DNA of 64,000 nucleotides from the human T2T-CHM13v2.0 reference genome, Homo sapiens (GCA_009914755.4 CP068257.2:31168001-31232000); one strand, 5' to 3'; shown: positions 28,871 through 45,800, numbered from the stretch's first letter. A program made the numbers and translations. Notes: generated from the sequence alone by a model not told the origin.

Positions 28871-29901
28871 AAAGTTTTTAATATTAATGTGTTTTAATTT
28901 ACTTATTTTTTCTCTATGATTATCACTTTTTTTGTGTTGGTTAAATAGACCTTTGGCTACTTCAGTTTCATGAAAATATTTTCCCATGCTCTATCACAAA
29001 AGTTTTACTGTTTTATTAAGTTAAACCATATGAAATTACTAATAGTCAACATAAAAAATAGGAGTTTCATATGGTTTAACCCAATACATTTAATCTATGA
29101 TCTGTCTGGAATTGATTTTCATCTTTGGTGTGAGTCAGGGGTCAAGATTTTAAACAAATTTAATTGTCTGATTGTCAATTTCTTATGAATTGGATGACTG
29201 TATATATGTGGGTCTGTTTCTCAACTCACCATTCTGTTCTATTGTTTTTTTTCATTCTTGTACCGATACCTTACTGTCTTGGCCACTAGAGTTTTATGAT
29301 AGGTCTTTTATAAATTTTAATAGCTCCGAAGTGTTCTTCAAGATTGCCTTAGCTACTCTTAGCCCACTATGTTTCCATTTAATTTTAGAATCTCTTGTTT
29401 TAGAATTATTGCTTTATATATATTTAAGTTGACATGTAATAATTGTACACATTTATGGGGCACATAGTGATGTTTTGGTACATATAAAGTATAGTGATCA
29501 GAATAACAAGAATTAGCATATCCATCATTTCAAACATTTATCATTCGTTTGTATGGGGGACATTTGATATCCTCCTTCTAGCTGTTTGAAACCACATATT
29601 ATTTTTGACTACAGTCATCCTACAATGGTATAGAACACTGGAACTTATTCCTCCTTGACGCTATTTTATATGATGCCCTCTACTCTAGAATTGTTGTTCT
29701 AAACAACAGAATGTTAGTTACTCTCTTTTCTAGATAATCAGAATGTTAGTTACCCTCTTTATTGTTATTTTGTCTAAAATTGATGTGGCGATCCTAGATT
29801 TTTTTTTTGGTTCCTATTTGTCTGGTATATCTTTATTCATCACTTTATTCCCTTGTCCTCCATATGTTTTGGATTATCTTTTATAAATAGAATGTAACTG
29901 A

Positions 29902-30197
<296 letters not shown>

Positions 30198-30442
30198 TTT
30201 TTTTTTTTTTTGATGGAGTTTCGCAACCTCTGCCTCCCAGGTTCAAGCTCTTCTCCTGCCTCAGGCTCCCAAGTAGCTGGGATTACAGGCATGTGGCACC
30301 ACGCCTGGCTAATTTTGTATTTTTAGTAGAGACAGGGTTTCTCCATGTTGGTCAGGATGGTCTCGAACTCCTGACTTCAGGTGATCTACCTGCCTTGGCC
30401 TCCCAAAGTGCTGGGATTACAGGCATGAGCCACTGCGCCCAG
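30198..30442 (-). mobile_element. Alu (antisense) with an internal deletion of about 50 bp, second of the tandem pair
   Basis: tttttttttttttgatggagtttcgcaacctctgcctcccaggttcaagctcttctcctgcctcaggctcccaagtagctgggattacaggcatgtggcaccacgcctggctaattttgtatttttagtagagacagggtttctccatgttggtcaggatggtctcgaactcctgacttcaggtgatctacctgccttggcctcccaaagtgctgggattacaggcatgagccactgcgcccagcc. Confidence 0.85.
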
Positions 30443-30602
30443 CCAAATATAACTGATTTTTAAATCTAATCTGTTTTTACTGTGGGAATTTGAGCCATTA
30501 ATATTATTATGGTATATTTAGGTTTGTATTTATTATCTTACTCCATCATGAATTTTTTTTATCCCAATCACCTTCTTCATTTTAATTCTAAGCTTTCTGA
30601 GG

Positions 30603-30973
<371 letters not shown>

Positions 30974-31160
30974 TAACATGAGCTTCTGTTCTTCGCCTAT
31001 GGAATCTGACTGAGTCCATGGTGCTGGATTTGGTGAAGCGTTGGACAAAGGAGTCATCCTAGGTACATAAACAAGAGGAAAGTACAAGTGATAATGAGGG
31101 AAACAGCAAGTTCATCATGAACTACAGATAACCTCTACTTTCATTTCTTTTCCTGTCTAG

Positions 31161-31531
<371 letters not shown>

Positions 31532-32562
31532 TGAAGTGCCCAATTGTATTTCTTTAAATTTACTGAAGTACAAAATTTAAGGTAGGAAGAAGATGATAAG
31601 AACTTTTCCCAGGAAAGTTTCAATGTGATCAGCCCAACAGTGAGATGGCTCTGTAAACATCCAATCCATGGTTACACGCCATTAGCTCAAGAAAAGAGAT
31701 GAGAGCGTTGCTATTTCTTCCACTAGATGGCAATGTTTCTCTGCACACCAACCAGACACGCAGGCTCTCCCGCAAGGTAGCTAATGTCCCCTGGGAGGCG
31801 TCCCGGGCTGGCAGCACCTGCTTCCCGACCCAAGGAGCCACCTACGACGTGGTACAGGCTTCTACTTACCTGGAGGAAGGAGAGGTGCTGAGAGTCCCCT
31901 GAGCCTGTGATTAAGAACTAGGGAAGCAAGCGAGTCAAAGAGGAGGGAGGGTATTTCCAGCATGCAAGCCCTTCAGTGAAAATACACCCGAAGCGAATGC
32001 CTTTCCCAGGGGGTATCTTTGGACCTAATTCAGGATTTGAAATGGAGCTTTCTTTCCTTCTTCCTTTATCCACTTGCCTTGGAAAGCATCTGAATAATAG
32101 GCAGTGCTGCTTTAGGTCTGAGTATGACCCAGCTAGAGGTCAGTTCAATTTACAAGATGCTCAGTTTATGTCATTGCACCATTAAAAGTAGTTGCAAAAC
32201 CATAATTACTTTTGCACCAACGTAATAATTAAAAAACAAACATCCCTCTACCCCCCAACTTCCCAGAACATTTCTTTTGGTATTGCCTGTTTTCATGGAT
32301 AGATATGTTTGGAGACAAATGTTCAAAAAATCATTCTAACGCCTCAGTAGGTACAGAGAAGTATTTGGTAGGTACTGAAGAGGCACTGTCAGATTGTTGT
32401 ATAATCATAGTGGATCATAAAAAAATGACACTGCCAACCCCCTATGTATAAAGGGGTTGTACTTTAGAATTTTTGGATCTCAAAATACATTTTCTAATTA
32501 AAATGTTTTACATGGCAGTTAGTTTTCCGAGTTAGCCCATAATATTACTTCCTATTTTATCA

Positions 32563-32952
<390 letters not shown>

Positions 32953-33077
32953 AAATATATTATAATCTCCCCAAATTTCATCCCCAGATACAACCATTGT
33001 CAACATTTTTGTACCAATATTTTTCTCTATGCATTACCAAAAAGTTGTCATAATTTTAAATTCTTCACAGCGACTAG

Positions 33078-33457
<380 letters not shown>

Positions 33458-36415
33458 GGCAGAGCAATTTTTACCTGTTCTCTGAAGATTTTCCAGCTCA
33501 CTCCAGGCGACATGTTTTCTCCATTTCCTGACTGCCAGGGTGCTAGGGGGCATCATCACCAGGTTTTCAAGTATGTTCTGTGTTCTACGATGGTTTCCTG
33601 TTGTTAACCCTTTCATCTTACTATTTCTTTGAGAGTAGAAGCCATGCTTTAGTAAGTGCTTAATAACACCCAATAAATATTTGTCGACTAGTCCATTAGT
33701 TGAAGTCTAGCCCCCTAAGCCTCCGTTTTTCCCCAGGAAACTGTCAGTCCCCAACTCTGTTGCTTGCCTTCACAAGCTAATATCCACACTACAGAAAAGG
33801 ACCAAAGAGGCAGGATTGGGCCCCAGATATGGATAAATCATTGTGGCCAGATATATCTCAGGACAAAAGTGGGAACTTGGTTTCTTGGTTTTGGAGAGCT
33901 CATTGGCTATAGAGTACTGCAAACATTTTTGTACTTAAGTGTCATTTTAAAGCTCAAGTTGGTTTCTCTACATGATATGGTCTTTTTCTCCCTACCTTGG
34001 GAAATTAGTGTTATTTTAAAAATGGTCTTAAAACATATTGATGCCCACTTGTTTTTCATAAGGAAATATGAAAAATGTTCAGACTTCACCAGTGGTTAAA
34101 CAACGCAAATGGTGGCAACTTATATAATTAGCCAACCTGTTTTAAAACGAAATTTTGCTATGCTGGTGAGGTCTTGGCAAAGTGCTACATCCATATGTAG
34201 CCAGTTACAATGTAAGTTGGTTCAACCCTTTGAAAAGCAGGTAGCAATTCTGATCTAAGAACCATAAAAATGTTTATTTCTTTATTTTTGATCAAATAGT
34301 CCTAGGTTCTGGAATCTATCCTAGACAAAGCATCTAAAGGGAGTTGAATGCTCTGTGTTTGAAAATGTTCACTTTAATCTTTATTTTTAGCATGGAAAAC
34401 TGGGAAACAAGCTACTAATAACTACCACTTGTCTGGCTCTGCAGTTCACAAGCAGCTGTCACATGTATCATTTCCTTTGATTTTACCGTGTCCCTGGGAA
34501 GTAGGTGCGGTTGTGACCCTTGCTTCATGGATGAAGAGACATGTTCAGAGTGGTTAAGATACACAGATCACACTGTTGGAATAAAAGCAGAACAAAGCTG
34601 AGGTTTTCTGATTCCAGGGGCTGATCGTGCAGTATGACATCCCTTTATATCTGTGTCTGGCAACAGGGTAAATGTTAACCCAGGAACGTGAGTGTAAGTA
34701 TCTAGCATTAACATAATTATTTTGAAAGCAACATAGCAATATTAAAAAATACTAGGCTGAAAAAAAGTACAAAAAAATCACATATTTGCTGTAATTATTA
34801 CATAAAATTAGATAGCCATCATACTTAAGGACTGGAAGGGAAGGGAAGAAATGAAAGTCATTGAGAGGTTTCCTTTCATTTTAGTACCACTGTGCTTATC
34901 ATTTCATATTGCTGGGAACCATCTGGCACTCTTTGGCTCTTGAATGGAATCATAATTTTCTTAGGAAAAGTTATATATATAGAAACGCATTGCACCGGGT
35001 TGCACTCGCTTTGAGAACACTAAATATAAAATTTCCTGGAATTATAGATTCACAGAGTCACAAAGGCCTATGAGGGAAGGACCAGTGCTGGTGACAGAGA
35101 GAGGCTGAGCGCAGCAGTCCCCAGCCCATGTTCTGGCTGTTTCATCTCAATGACACTTGGGAAGCGAACCTTGTGTGGAGCATGGAGGGGTGGGACCTCC
35201 TTGTGAGGCTGACAAAAGAGGGCTGGGCTTGCCAAATGAAATCAGGCCTTGGGAGGGTGGAGGAGCCTCCATTGTCCTCAGCGCCAGTGATTAAATGCCG
35301 GATTACAGAGGAAACATTCTTTCCATCCTCCCCAGCCCCCAACCTCAGCCCATCAGGCCCATTCACAAGGCTCCTTCCCCCAAATATTGGCCACGGTGCC
35401 TTCTATTTATCACCCTCACAGAGGACACTACAACCCACACAAAGGGGCTTCAGGAGGCTAATGTAAACCAGGTAATAGAAGAAATCAAGAGCTGACACCT
35501 CAAAAATGCCACAGGGGCTGTGGGGCAAAGGAAAAGACATATGGTGTGAAAAGCACCTCCCAGACGCTGCTCCGCTCTCACGCTCTGCCTGTAGTTGGCA
35601 CTCGGTTATTTTCTTGTACCTTCTACTGGCCAAGCACTCATGCCTTGCTGCACATCTAGCTAGTTTTCTCTCTTTTCCAGACGAGACATGTCATGTCGGG
35701 TAGCATCATTTGCAACAGCCTCGTCATCCAGCTGACATGGATATTTGGTTCTCCTTTGTTACTAAGGCCTTGCCTTTCCAGGAGCATCCACATAGACTCT
35801 GCCAGAATGTCATCAGACTAGGCTAGTATCTTGGGCTCAGCTTAATATTCTCTCAGCCTGACATATTGGATCACAGCAGTTAGGACAGAAATTTTGAAAG
35901 GTTGGGGAGAGAGCTGTATGGGAATAGTGCCTGGAATAAATAGATACAAACATTTTAGAACTACTGCATAGACCTAGATGTTCATCAAAGTATTCATTTG
36001 CTTTTTAAAAGGAAAATATTGTGAAGTGTCTTCCAAATAGGCAGTGAGTAAATACATGCTGCAGGTGGAATGAACGAGTGACTTAGGGAATCAGAACACA
36101 AACTGTCATGCCAGATTGCTTGGACTTTGTGACTTACTACCTAAGTGACCTTGAACAAGCTCAGTTTCCTTGTCTGAAAAGTGGAGATAATGGTGATGAT
36201 AATGATGATAGTACTTGCCTCACAGGATTGAAAGCATTATGTAACAAGCTCTCAGATCATCATCTGTTACAGAATACATGCTGTAGGAAGTGTGAGCTAC
36301 TATTATTATTATTACTTGCTTACAGCAAATAAATCCTAGAGGTGTATTAGCAGCACCAACTTTCCTACAGAGCCAAAGAATATAGAAATGCCAGTATGGA
36401 GAGGGATAATTCTGA

Positions 36416-36722
<307 letters not shown>

Positions 36723-37049
36723 TGATTATCTCTTTATACTGTATGTCCTTAAGTACAATTCTTAAAGAAAATACTAGCACATAGAATTTAGAAGTTTATT
36801 AAAATGCAAAAATCATAGGAATGCAAGGATGGCTTGCTATTATGTTTATTATCATAATTTACTATATTAATAGGTAATGGAAGAAAAAACCCATAATTAT
36901 AGTTTTGTGACCCAAAGAGCTTTTTTTGTCAAAATTTGACAATCATTTCTTCATTTTAAAAGTTTCAATTAGGAATAGATTCTGGACACAATAAATTAAC
37001 ATGTAAACACATATGCACGTATTAGTTGAAAAACCATCATGATGCTAAA

Positions 37050-37340
37050 TGGCAAAATGCTAAAACCATTTTTTCCATTATTAAAGACAATATTGGTCAC
37101 CATGGAAACTATTTTTTTAATACTGTTCTAGGAGTACTGGCCAGTGCAATTAGATAAGAGGAAAAAAAGCTGTAAATATGGGGAAAAATTATTTGCAGAT
37201 TACATCATTATATATCTCTAAAATCCATATAAATCAATTGAAAAGCTGTTAGAAATAATATGACTAAGTACCTGGTTATAAAGTTAGTTATACAAAAATT
37301 AATAGGCTTTTTCTGTACATAAATATAATGGGATGAATTG
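37050..37340 (+). mobile_element. ancient L1 (L1M/L1ME-like) ORF2 fragment
   Basis: tactgttctaggagtactggccagtgcaattagataagaggaaaaaaagctgtaaatatggggaaaaattatttgcagattacatcattatatatctctaaaatccatataaatcaattgaaaagctgttagaaataatatgactaagtacctggttataaagttagttatacaaaaattaatag parallels the L1 ORF2 stretch ...tactggaggtcctagccagtgcaataaggcaagaaaaagaaataaaaggtat...atttgcagatgacatgat...; recalled from memory, diverged. Confidence 0.4.
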
Positions 37341-38260
37341 ATCAATTTCAAGTCTGATTGGCTGGATGATTTTTTTTTCCTCTGCAAACCAGACCTTCTC
37401 TGCCTCTGAGCAGTGGTCTGTAACAGGATGAATTTCTGTTGGATCAGCTGAAGTGGTGGCTTGGGCAGTGAGGCAATTCTTCATCAAGACATACCTTTTT
37501 GTTGCTTCTAATTACCTGCTGGCAGGAACTAAAAGTGTGTCTCTTGTATGCATGCCATGTGTGTAAAATTAGAGTCTTTGAAATTGTTCAAATAAAGAGG
37601 ATTAGTTATAGTTGTAGGGAGATATAAAGACTAAGCCAAAAGAAGCAGAGTTTATCTGCCTTCACACTTCACCCATCTGTTAACCCGGCTGAGACACATT
37701 TTCTTGTAGCATTAGTATTTTATGCACTGTTTTTCTTGATATAGTAACAGATTTAATTCATTCTTTATGGTAATAGATCCCTTGTATCCATAAAGAAAGA
37801 ACATATTCCATCATTACCTTAATATCATGTCTAATACAGAGTGGCCGTACAATTGGAAAGTTATTTCTCAGACCACTAAACTTACACATAAATGTTAAAC
37901 ACTGTATATTACTTTTAAGCTTACTTTTGATCTGCTATCAAACCTAAGAAGTTGTTTTATTTTGATTAACTCTATATAATAGTTAATTTTTTTCCTCTAA
38001 AATGTGTTTTAAAGGCTGAAGCTGTATTTGACATCATTTTTAAAGCTATGTGATTTATTCTTTTTTATTCTCCACTGTCAAATATACATATTTGAAGATA
38101 TGTATGGTAATACCATTTTCAAGCACTAGCTAGTTTAAGGAGCATAGAGCATGGTAAGTGATATAAAACTTCATTCACCCATAAACCCCAAACCCCTAGT
38201 ACTGAATGCCCACATATATCATCCTTACTATCAGAGAAATTATGTTTATAACATATGCTG

Positions 38261-38482
38261 AGTTCAAGACCAGCCTGGGCAACATGGCAAAATCCCACCT
38301 CTATGAAAAAATATGAAAATCAGCCAGGTGTGGTGGCGCACCTGTAGTCCCAGCTACCTGGGGGGCTGAGATGGGAGGATAACCTGAGCCCTGGCAGGTC
38401 AAGGCTGCAGTGAGCCATGATTGTGCCACTGCATTCCAGCCTGGGTGACAGAGTGAGACCCTGTCTCAAAAAAAAACAAAAG
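38261..38482 (+). mobile_element. Alu, 5'-truncated
   Basis: gagttcaagaccagcctgggcaacatggcaaaatcccacctctatgaaaaaatatgaaaatcagccaggtgtggtggcgcacctgtagtcccagctacctgggggg...tgccactgcattccagcctgggtgacagagtgagaccctgtctcaaaaaaaaac. Confidence 0.8.
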
Positions 38483-39364
38483 AGAAAAGCATTCAGCTTT
38501 TTGCTTCCTACATGTATGTCACCACATAAACAAAGGAAAGTGAGACTCAAGTTACCGTAAAAGAGTCCTTCACTGGAAGCAAATCCTCAACTGTTTTAGA
38601 AAAATGAGTTTATGATCATTATTATTTTGCTAAAAGGATTCTTTATTTCATCACAGGAACCTTCTACTAACCCCCTTTAGTCTAAAAAAGCTCTAATCTA
38701 TAAAAATTAAAAATATATAGATCAATTTGATCCTTATAGTTTATCCATCCAATAATTTTTTGGTTAATATTTGCATGGCAGATAAATCTTTACTTCCCTT
38801 ATTTCTACCTCCTGTATTGAGTGCTCAATCAACTTTTAAATAAATTATCACATGTATATATACATAATAAGATTACTTAACATTCCTATGTTGAATTTTG
38901 AATTTGTTTCATTTGTTCATTCATTCTTACATCCAACAGATATGGATTGCAAACCTACTACATGGCAAGCATAAGTGCCCCGGGGTTATGGCAGTGAACA
39001 AAATTCTTATCCTCATACAGTTTATCTTCTGATTTGGTGGATATGAGAAACTGGTGAACTTAAGCTTAAAATCAATCAGATGCTGAGTTTGTTATTAAAA
39101 AACAGAAAAGAGAGCTCAGGTTAAATACATGCACTAGCTAATCTAAATCTTTCTTGGAAGTAGACTTGGTACTAGTCTCTCAATTATCAATCATTTGGGC
39201 ATTCTGTGATGATTTTATTATATCCTTAATTGCATTGCAGAAATGGAAAAAAAATTATCTCTTCCAATTGCCGTTCCCATCTGATGAGTCCTTCATGGGA
39301 GCAACAAGCAGCTGATTTGCCATCAGCTTTGTACCAGTGTAGGGGCTATTTTGGCAACAACATA

Positions 39365-39550
39365 TGCTTTGGTGTCAGAGTAACTGACCTTCGAATCTTA
39401 GCTCTTACTATGATATTGGGCTAGTTACTTGATTTCTCTGAGCCCATTCTTCCATCTGTTAAACAGGCATATTAATCCTGCTTTAAAGGAGTATAATTCA
39501 GATTAATGAAATAATCGGTGTATAGTACCTGGCAGGTCAGAGCTCCCCTA
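39365..39550 (+). mobile_element. MIR SINE fragment
   Basis: tgtcagagtaactgaccttcgaatcttagctcttactatgatattgggctagttacttgatttctctgagcccattcttccatctgttaaacaggcatattaatcctgctttaaaggagtataattcagattaatgaaataatcggtgtatagtacctggca follows the MIR consensus from ggttcgaatcc...cttactagctgtgtgaccttgggcaagttacttaacctctctgagcctcagtttcctcatctgtaaaatggg... to agtgcctggcaca. Confidence 0.7.
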
Positions 39551-41256
39551 CCCAAGGTCCCCATTTAGTGGCAGAGCCAGGATTAGATCCCACATCACCT
39601 CACTCTGGTGCCAGTCCTTGTCTCGTACCATGTTTACATTTAATAATCTCTGGTGATTTTACTCACATGACGAGACAATAGATTTATTCATCATTTATTA
39701 AGAAGACATTGAGTTCTTTGCTGTGCTGCCTCTTTGACCTCTCTGGGCCAAAAATGAGGGAGTTGTATGAGGCTCCAGGGTCTCTTTTAACCATGCACTT
39801 CTATGACTCTATGCAGGGTGGCCAACTGTCTTGATTTGCCTCAGACTCAGGGGTTTCCCTGGACAGGGACTTTCAGTACTAAAACTGGGAGAGTCAGAGA
39901 AAACTAGGATGGTTGTTCACCATAACTCCAGGATTCTTCCACATTTGGTTTATTCCATCAGCTTCCCTGATATACCTCTGAATACCCGAGATTGGACATA
40001 ATCCTGCAAAAGAATTCAAACATCAAGTTAGCGAACAGAGCTGCAGCCATGTGGCCTCTCCACCTCTTCATTCACTCCTTCTTCTGCCTCTGCAGTTTCC
40101 TATCTGGGTGCTGCTTTGGGAAACTGTTTTTAATCATTCATTGCTATGGTTTTAGTTTTGGTGGCTAGCCAGAGAGCAGCTGATCAGCCATGTCAGCAGA
40201 CTAAGGAACACTCACAGATATTTTCTTCTCTGCAAGGCTTGATGTCTCCGTTTACCTTGGGAAGAAAGCAGAATGTTCACAATCTCACTGCCTCTAGTCT
40301 CTCTAGTGAATGTAAAGGCAAGTTCCTTCTCCCACTCCTCCTCTGCCTCTTCATTTTTATTCTCTTTCTCATTATTATTATCATTACTACCAAAAGGCAG
40401 TCACCTCTAGGGGAACAACGACCAAATGAGAACCTCTCAGAGCACAGTGTTTTGATGCTGAGCAGAGGCTGCACACCTTGCAACCCGCTCCCTGGTGGGA
40501 AGACCGGCTCTGCCTGCCCCAGCTGAGATATCACTTAACAGTGCGGGCTCTTCAGGGGCAGGGCCAGGGCCTCCTCAACATGTTTACAAGATGTGTGGCT
40601 ATTAGCAACATCTTACAGCTCAGCTAATTAACGGGGAGAGTGCCTGATGAAGCCTGGCTCTAAAGAGGACCAAATTGCATCAGTGTTTGGGCTTTAAATT
40701 GATACCAAAAAATAACTTACCGCAGGTGTGTTTTGAATCGCATCTTCCCCCAGCAGGTTGGTTGGTTGTTATGCTTCAGCTACCGCAGATCCCAAGGTGG
40801 CCCGAACGCCAGGGTTACGAGTTTATTAAGATCATTTAAGTTGGTTACATGTAGTCATTATTTTAGCTGAGCGGTTAAGTTCGTACGTGGTCACTGATAT
40901 GGTTTGGACCTGCGTCCCCACCAAATCTCATGTCAAATTGTAATCCCCATTGTTGGAGGTGTGGTCTGGTGGGAGGTGATTGTTTCATGGGTGCTCATGA
41001 ATTCTCATAAATGGTTTGGCACCACCGCCATGATGCTGTCCTCAGGATAGTGAGTGAGTTCTGGTGAGATCTGGTTGTTTAAAAGTGTGTAGCACCATCT
41101 CCCTCTCTCTCTTGTTCCTACTCCAGCCATGTGATGTGCCTGCTTTCCACTGCCCACCATCATTGGAAGTTTTCTGAGGCCTCTGCAGAAGCTGAGCAGA
41201 TCTCAGCATCATGTTTCCTGGACAGCATGCAGAACTGTGAGCTAATCAAAACTCTT

Positions 41257-41546
41257 TTTTTTTGTTTGAGATGGAGTCTCGCTTTGTCACCTAGGCTGGA
41301 GTGCAGTGGCATGATCTCAGCTCACTGCAACCCTGCCTCCCAGGTTCAAGCGATTCCCCTACCTCAGCCTCCTGAGTAGCTGGGATTACAGGTGTCCGCC
41401 ACCACGCCTGGCTAATTTTTGTATTTTTAGTAGAGACTGGGTTTTATTATGTTGGTCAGGCTGGTCTTGAACTCTTGACCTCATGATCCACCTGCCTCCA
41501 CCTCCCAAAATGCTGGGATTACAGGCGTGAACCACCGCACCCAGCC
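41257..41546 (-). mobile_element. Alu (antisense) nested inside the MaLR LTR, TSD tcaaaactctt
   Basis: tttttttttgtttgagatggagtctcgctttgtcacctaggctggagtgcagtggcatgatctcagctcactgcaaccctgcctcccaggttcaagcgattcccctacc...ggattacaggcgtgaaccaccgcacccagcc; flanks read tcaaaactctt / tcaaaactctt. Confidence 0.9.
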
Positions 41547-41593
41547 TCAAAACTCTTCTTTGTAAATTATCCATTCTCGGGTATTTCTTCCTC

Positions 41594-41979
<386 letters not shown>

Positions 41980-42645
41980 ATACATTGGGGTAATACAAGG
42001 TCAGAGACATGAACATCCATCTGAAGGGCCTGTCTCCAAGGTCCCTTAGAGCAACGCATACAAGAAACAGGCTGCGTACACTACCAAGGAAGCTGCTGTT
42101 TGCAGCCATTGCACACCTGGCCCCCGGGAGGAAAGGAATTCAGTCAGCTTAATTGGTTGCAGATTGGGTATTTCTTCATAGCAATGTGAGAAAAGACTAA
42201 TACAGTTGCCAACCCCCATGAATCCTATACCAGGAGCCACCTCGTCTTGCCACAGCTAAGGATATGATCTAAGTCTTGTCTTGGACGAGCTCACTCTCCA
42301 CTCTGTGGCACACATGTTTTCCTTTAAAATACCCCTGTTATTCAAGCAGGAATGAAATATTTCTCTCACTTTTCTGATTGAAGTCTTTCCATGCTGAATT
42401 TTCTTAATCAGACCAGTAGGTGAGTTCCATTTCTTATATAATCTTCCTTTTACTAATAATCTCTTCAGTAGATAATGACCTTAGCAACTGTTGACACAAC
42501 TTCCTCTATTTGAAGTTTTAAAAGTTTTGTTTGGTCAAGAAAAATAACTTGGAATTTTGAGGTCACTTCTGTGGCTACTCATGGATTGAATTGTCCTGGT
42601 TACCTAGTGATTTATTGCTTTTTGCCCACTGGTAGGAAGGAGGTT

Positions 42646-42897
42646 CCCAATGTTGGAGGTGTGGCCTGGTGGGAGGCGATTGGCTCATGGGTGCTCATGA
42701 ATTCTCATAAGTGGTTTAGCGCTACCCCTTCGATGTTGTCCTCAGGATAGTGAGTGAGTTCTGGTGAGACCTGGTTGTTTAAAAGTGTGTAGCCCCTTCC
42801 CCCTCTCTCTCTTGTTCCTACTCCAACCATGTGATGTGCCTGCCTTCCACCGTCCGCCATCACTGGAAGTTTTCTGAGGCCTCTGCAGAAGCCTAGA
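42646..42897 (+). mobile_element. partial MaLR LTR (THE1/MST-type), second copy about 92 percent identical to LTR positions 50-315 of the copy at 40896
   Basis: cccaatgttggaggtgtggcctggtgggaggcgattggctcatgggtgctcatgaattctcataagtggtttagcgctacc...ctctctctcttgttcctactccaaccatgtgatgtgcctgccttccaccgtccgccatcactggaagttttctgaggcctctgcagaagc aligns base-for-base with 40946-41215. Confidence 0.75.
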
Positions 42898-43288
42898 CAT
42901 GGTAGAACCCACGTCTGTTTTATGAAGGGTAAAATAGCACCCCTACGATACTGTATCATGCTGCCAGAGTTTAATAAATTGGGGTAAAAACCAGTATTTC
43001 CCAACTCTCAAGGGAAAAGGCTGTGTTATTTGTGAAGTATTATCAGTAGGATGATTTTACCAAGGCATCTTGGTTCATTCTCAGTGTTGAGGAGATTTCT
43101 GTATCCACTGGGAAGCTGACCAGGCATCATCTAAGATCCTTTTCGGGGTAGAGAACATGCCAGCACCAGTGGCTACTCTTGGACAGAAGGGGAAGGTTGG
43201 TAAAGGAGTCAGCTGACAAGACTTTCACTTTTATTTTTATCCCCTTCAGTTGATTTTGAAAAATGAAGGTCATGTCTTGCTGTTGAAT

Positions 43289-43308
43289 AATAATAATAAT
43301 AATAATAT
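43289..43308. repeat. (TAA)n microsatellite
   Basis: aataataataataataataat. Confidence 0.85.
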
Positions 43309-43329
43309 CTTTTATTTAATTTTAATTTT

Positions 43330-43756
<427 letters not shown>

Positions 43757-44372
43757 TCACATACAAACCAGAAGGTGGGAGGTGACCCATGCAGTCTCCA
43801 ACCCTGCGCCAAGGCTGGTCAAGCCCTCTTATTTTGGGGGCACTTTGAGGGGAGGGTGGGATAAGAGTTGCAGTTGCAAGAGAGGTATATGGCTCAGGTG
43901 ACCTGCTACCTATGATATGACATCATTCCTTTCATGCTGAGCTCACAGGGGCGCTGTGAGGTTTGCTATTCACTAATCACACGTTGGCTAATCCATCACA
44001 TTCATGGAGCAAAGGTCAGCCACATACATGCAAAATAGCAACCAAACATCACTCCTAATATTGCCTAATGACTTTCTCTTGAAAGTCAGACTTGGGCTGG
44101 CCTCACCTTCCAGTATCATCTAGCTGGTGCATCAAAAACTACGAGGGTTCTACCGGAGCCACCAGAGGCTGACACAGCTGCCCTTCACCAGCCCCTCTGC
44201 GAAGCTCTGTCCTCTGTCTCTCCTGAGAACATCCTCTCCCCCTCCAGCAGGTCTTTTAGCCACATGTCTTTATTCTTGCCTTGATTCTAAAACCATCCCC
44301 AGTCTGCTTTTGCCTAATAGAGAGGGAGAAAAGTCTATTGCTTTCTTTTCTTTTATTCCTACTCCCCCCGGC

Positions 44373-44679
44373 TTTTTTTGAGTCAGGATCTTGCTTTGTC
44401 ACCCAGGCTGAAGTGCAGTGAAGCAATCACAGCTCACTCACTGCAGCCTTGAACTCCTGGACATAGCCATCCTCTCATGTCAGCCTTCCAAGTAGCTAGG
44501 ACTACAGATACATGCCACTATACCCAGCTAAGTTTTTATTAAACATTTTTTATAGAGACAGGGTCTAGTCTCAAGCTGGTCTCAAGCTCACTGCAGCTTC
44601 AAACTCCTGGCCTCTAGCCATCCTTCCACCTCGGCCTCCCAAAGTTCTGGGACTATAGGCATGAGCCTCTGTATCCCCT
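44373..44679 (-). mobile_element. Alu (J-like, diverged), antisense
   Basis: gctttttttgagtcaggatcttgctttgtcacccaggctgaagtgcagtgaagcaatcacagctcactcactgcagccttgaactcctggac...gggactataggcatgagcctctgtatcccc. Confidence 0.8.
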
Positions 44680-45669
44680 GGAAAGTCAATTTCTAAGAGC
44701 TCAGCATCCATCCAGGTGGAAGAGGTGAACATAGGCATCTCTCCTCTGTGATCACTGCCACTGCAATGGGAGAACAGGAAAAGATGGCAGTTGATTTCTG
44801 TCCTTTCATCATGAGTCCATCTACTCTCCTTCCCATCTCACATCCTGGACTTGCTTCCGACGACAACGTTATCAAGCCTGCAATTAAAAGCAACCACTTT
44901 TATGAGTCATTGTTTTGCGAAAGCAAATACCCTTAATATGTTGATTCAGAAGGTTTCAGGGGAGCCACCATGAGGCCACTTGTGCAATGCCAGGCTAACT
45001 ACTTTTGAAAGAGGACCATATGCTGCCTTTACAACATCCCTTTGGTGTTTAATTTGATGAAACAATGTGCCACAATCAGCTGTGAGGACAGCAGCCGTGA
45101 TTGATGGAGACTGACTCACGTGGTCTGACTCTGATTTCAATATCACCGCGCTAATCCCATTATTCGCTTGAGTTGGCTTGTTTTGGGCTACCTTAAAAAA
45201 AGTTATTTCTTTAATGGTCAAATTGCCGTGAGGTCTGGAAGATTTAATGTATCATAAAACTCATTAAATAACCAGCCTGGCAGCCCACACCACTGGGTAG
45301 TGTGCTAGCATATGGGAGATCCAAGCTGAAGACTTCAGCATTCATTTCAATGCCACCCAGCCAAAGCCTCAAGGGACAAGTCTGGAGTGTGTGTTCTAAG
45401 CCAGCATTCCTCCAACTTTCATGGACGCATGAATCATCGGAGTGCTTTACGAAAGTGCAGATTCTGATTCAGCAGTTGTGGGGCGAGGCTTGAGATTCTG
45501 CATTGCTGACAAGTTGATGTCCATTCTTCTGGTCCAAGGCCCAAACTTTGAACACTAGTGAACATTCACTAGAGGGTCTTGTGAATATCCATTGACAGCA
45601 GCTAACACTTATGAACCACATGACTGTGTTGTAAGTACTGTATGTGTGTGTTATATGTGTCTGCTTATT

Positions 45670-45800
45670 TAATCTTTACTTTTAACCTCATGAGGGAGAT
45701 ATTATTATCACCTCCATCTTCTAGATGAAGAATTAAATAATTGAATACCTAAGTGAATAAACTAAATAACTGAGGCCACACAGCTTGGTCCAGTACTTTT
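45670..45800 (-). mobile_element. MIR SINE fragment (antisense), abutting arm A of the inverted repeat
   Basis: tttaacctcatgagggagatattattatcacctccatcttctagatgaagaattaaataattgaatacctaagtgaataaactaaataactgaggccacacagcttggtc resembles the reverse complement of MIR (cctcacaacaaccctatgaggtaggtactattattatccccattttacagatgaggaaactgagg...ccaaggtcacacagctagtaag). Confidence 0.5.

Noticed and set aside
40146-40534. 126-aa and 85-aa ORFs on opposite strands
   Set aside because: Low-complexity (LLLCLFIFILFLIIIIITT / RKRIKMKRQRR), overlapping each other on opposite strands, and lacking any recognisable motif.
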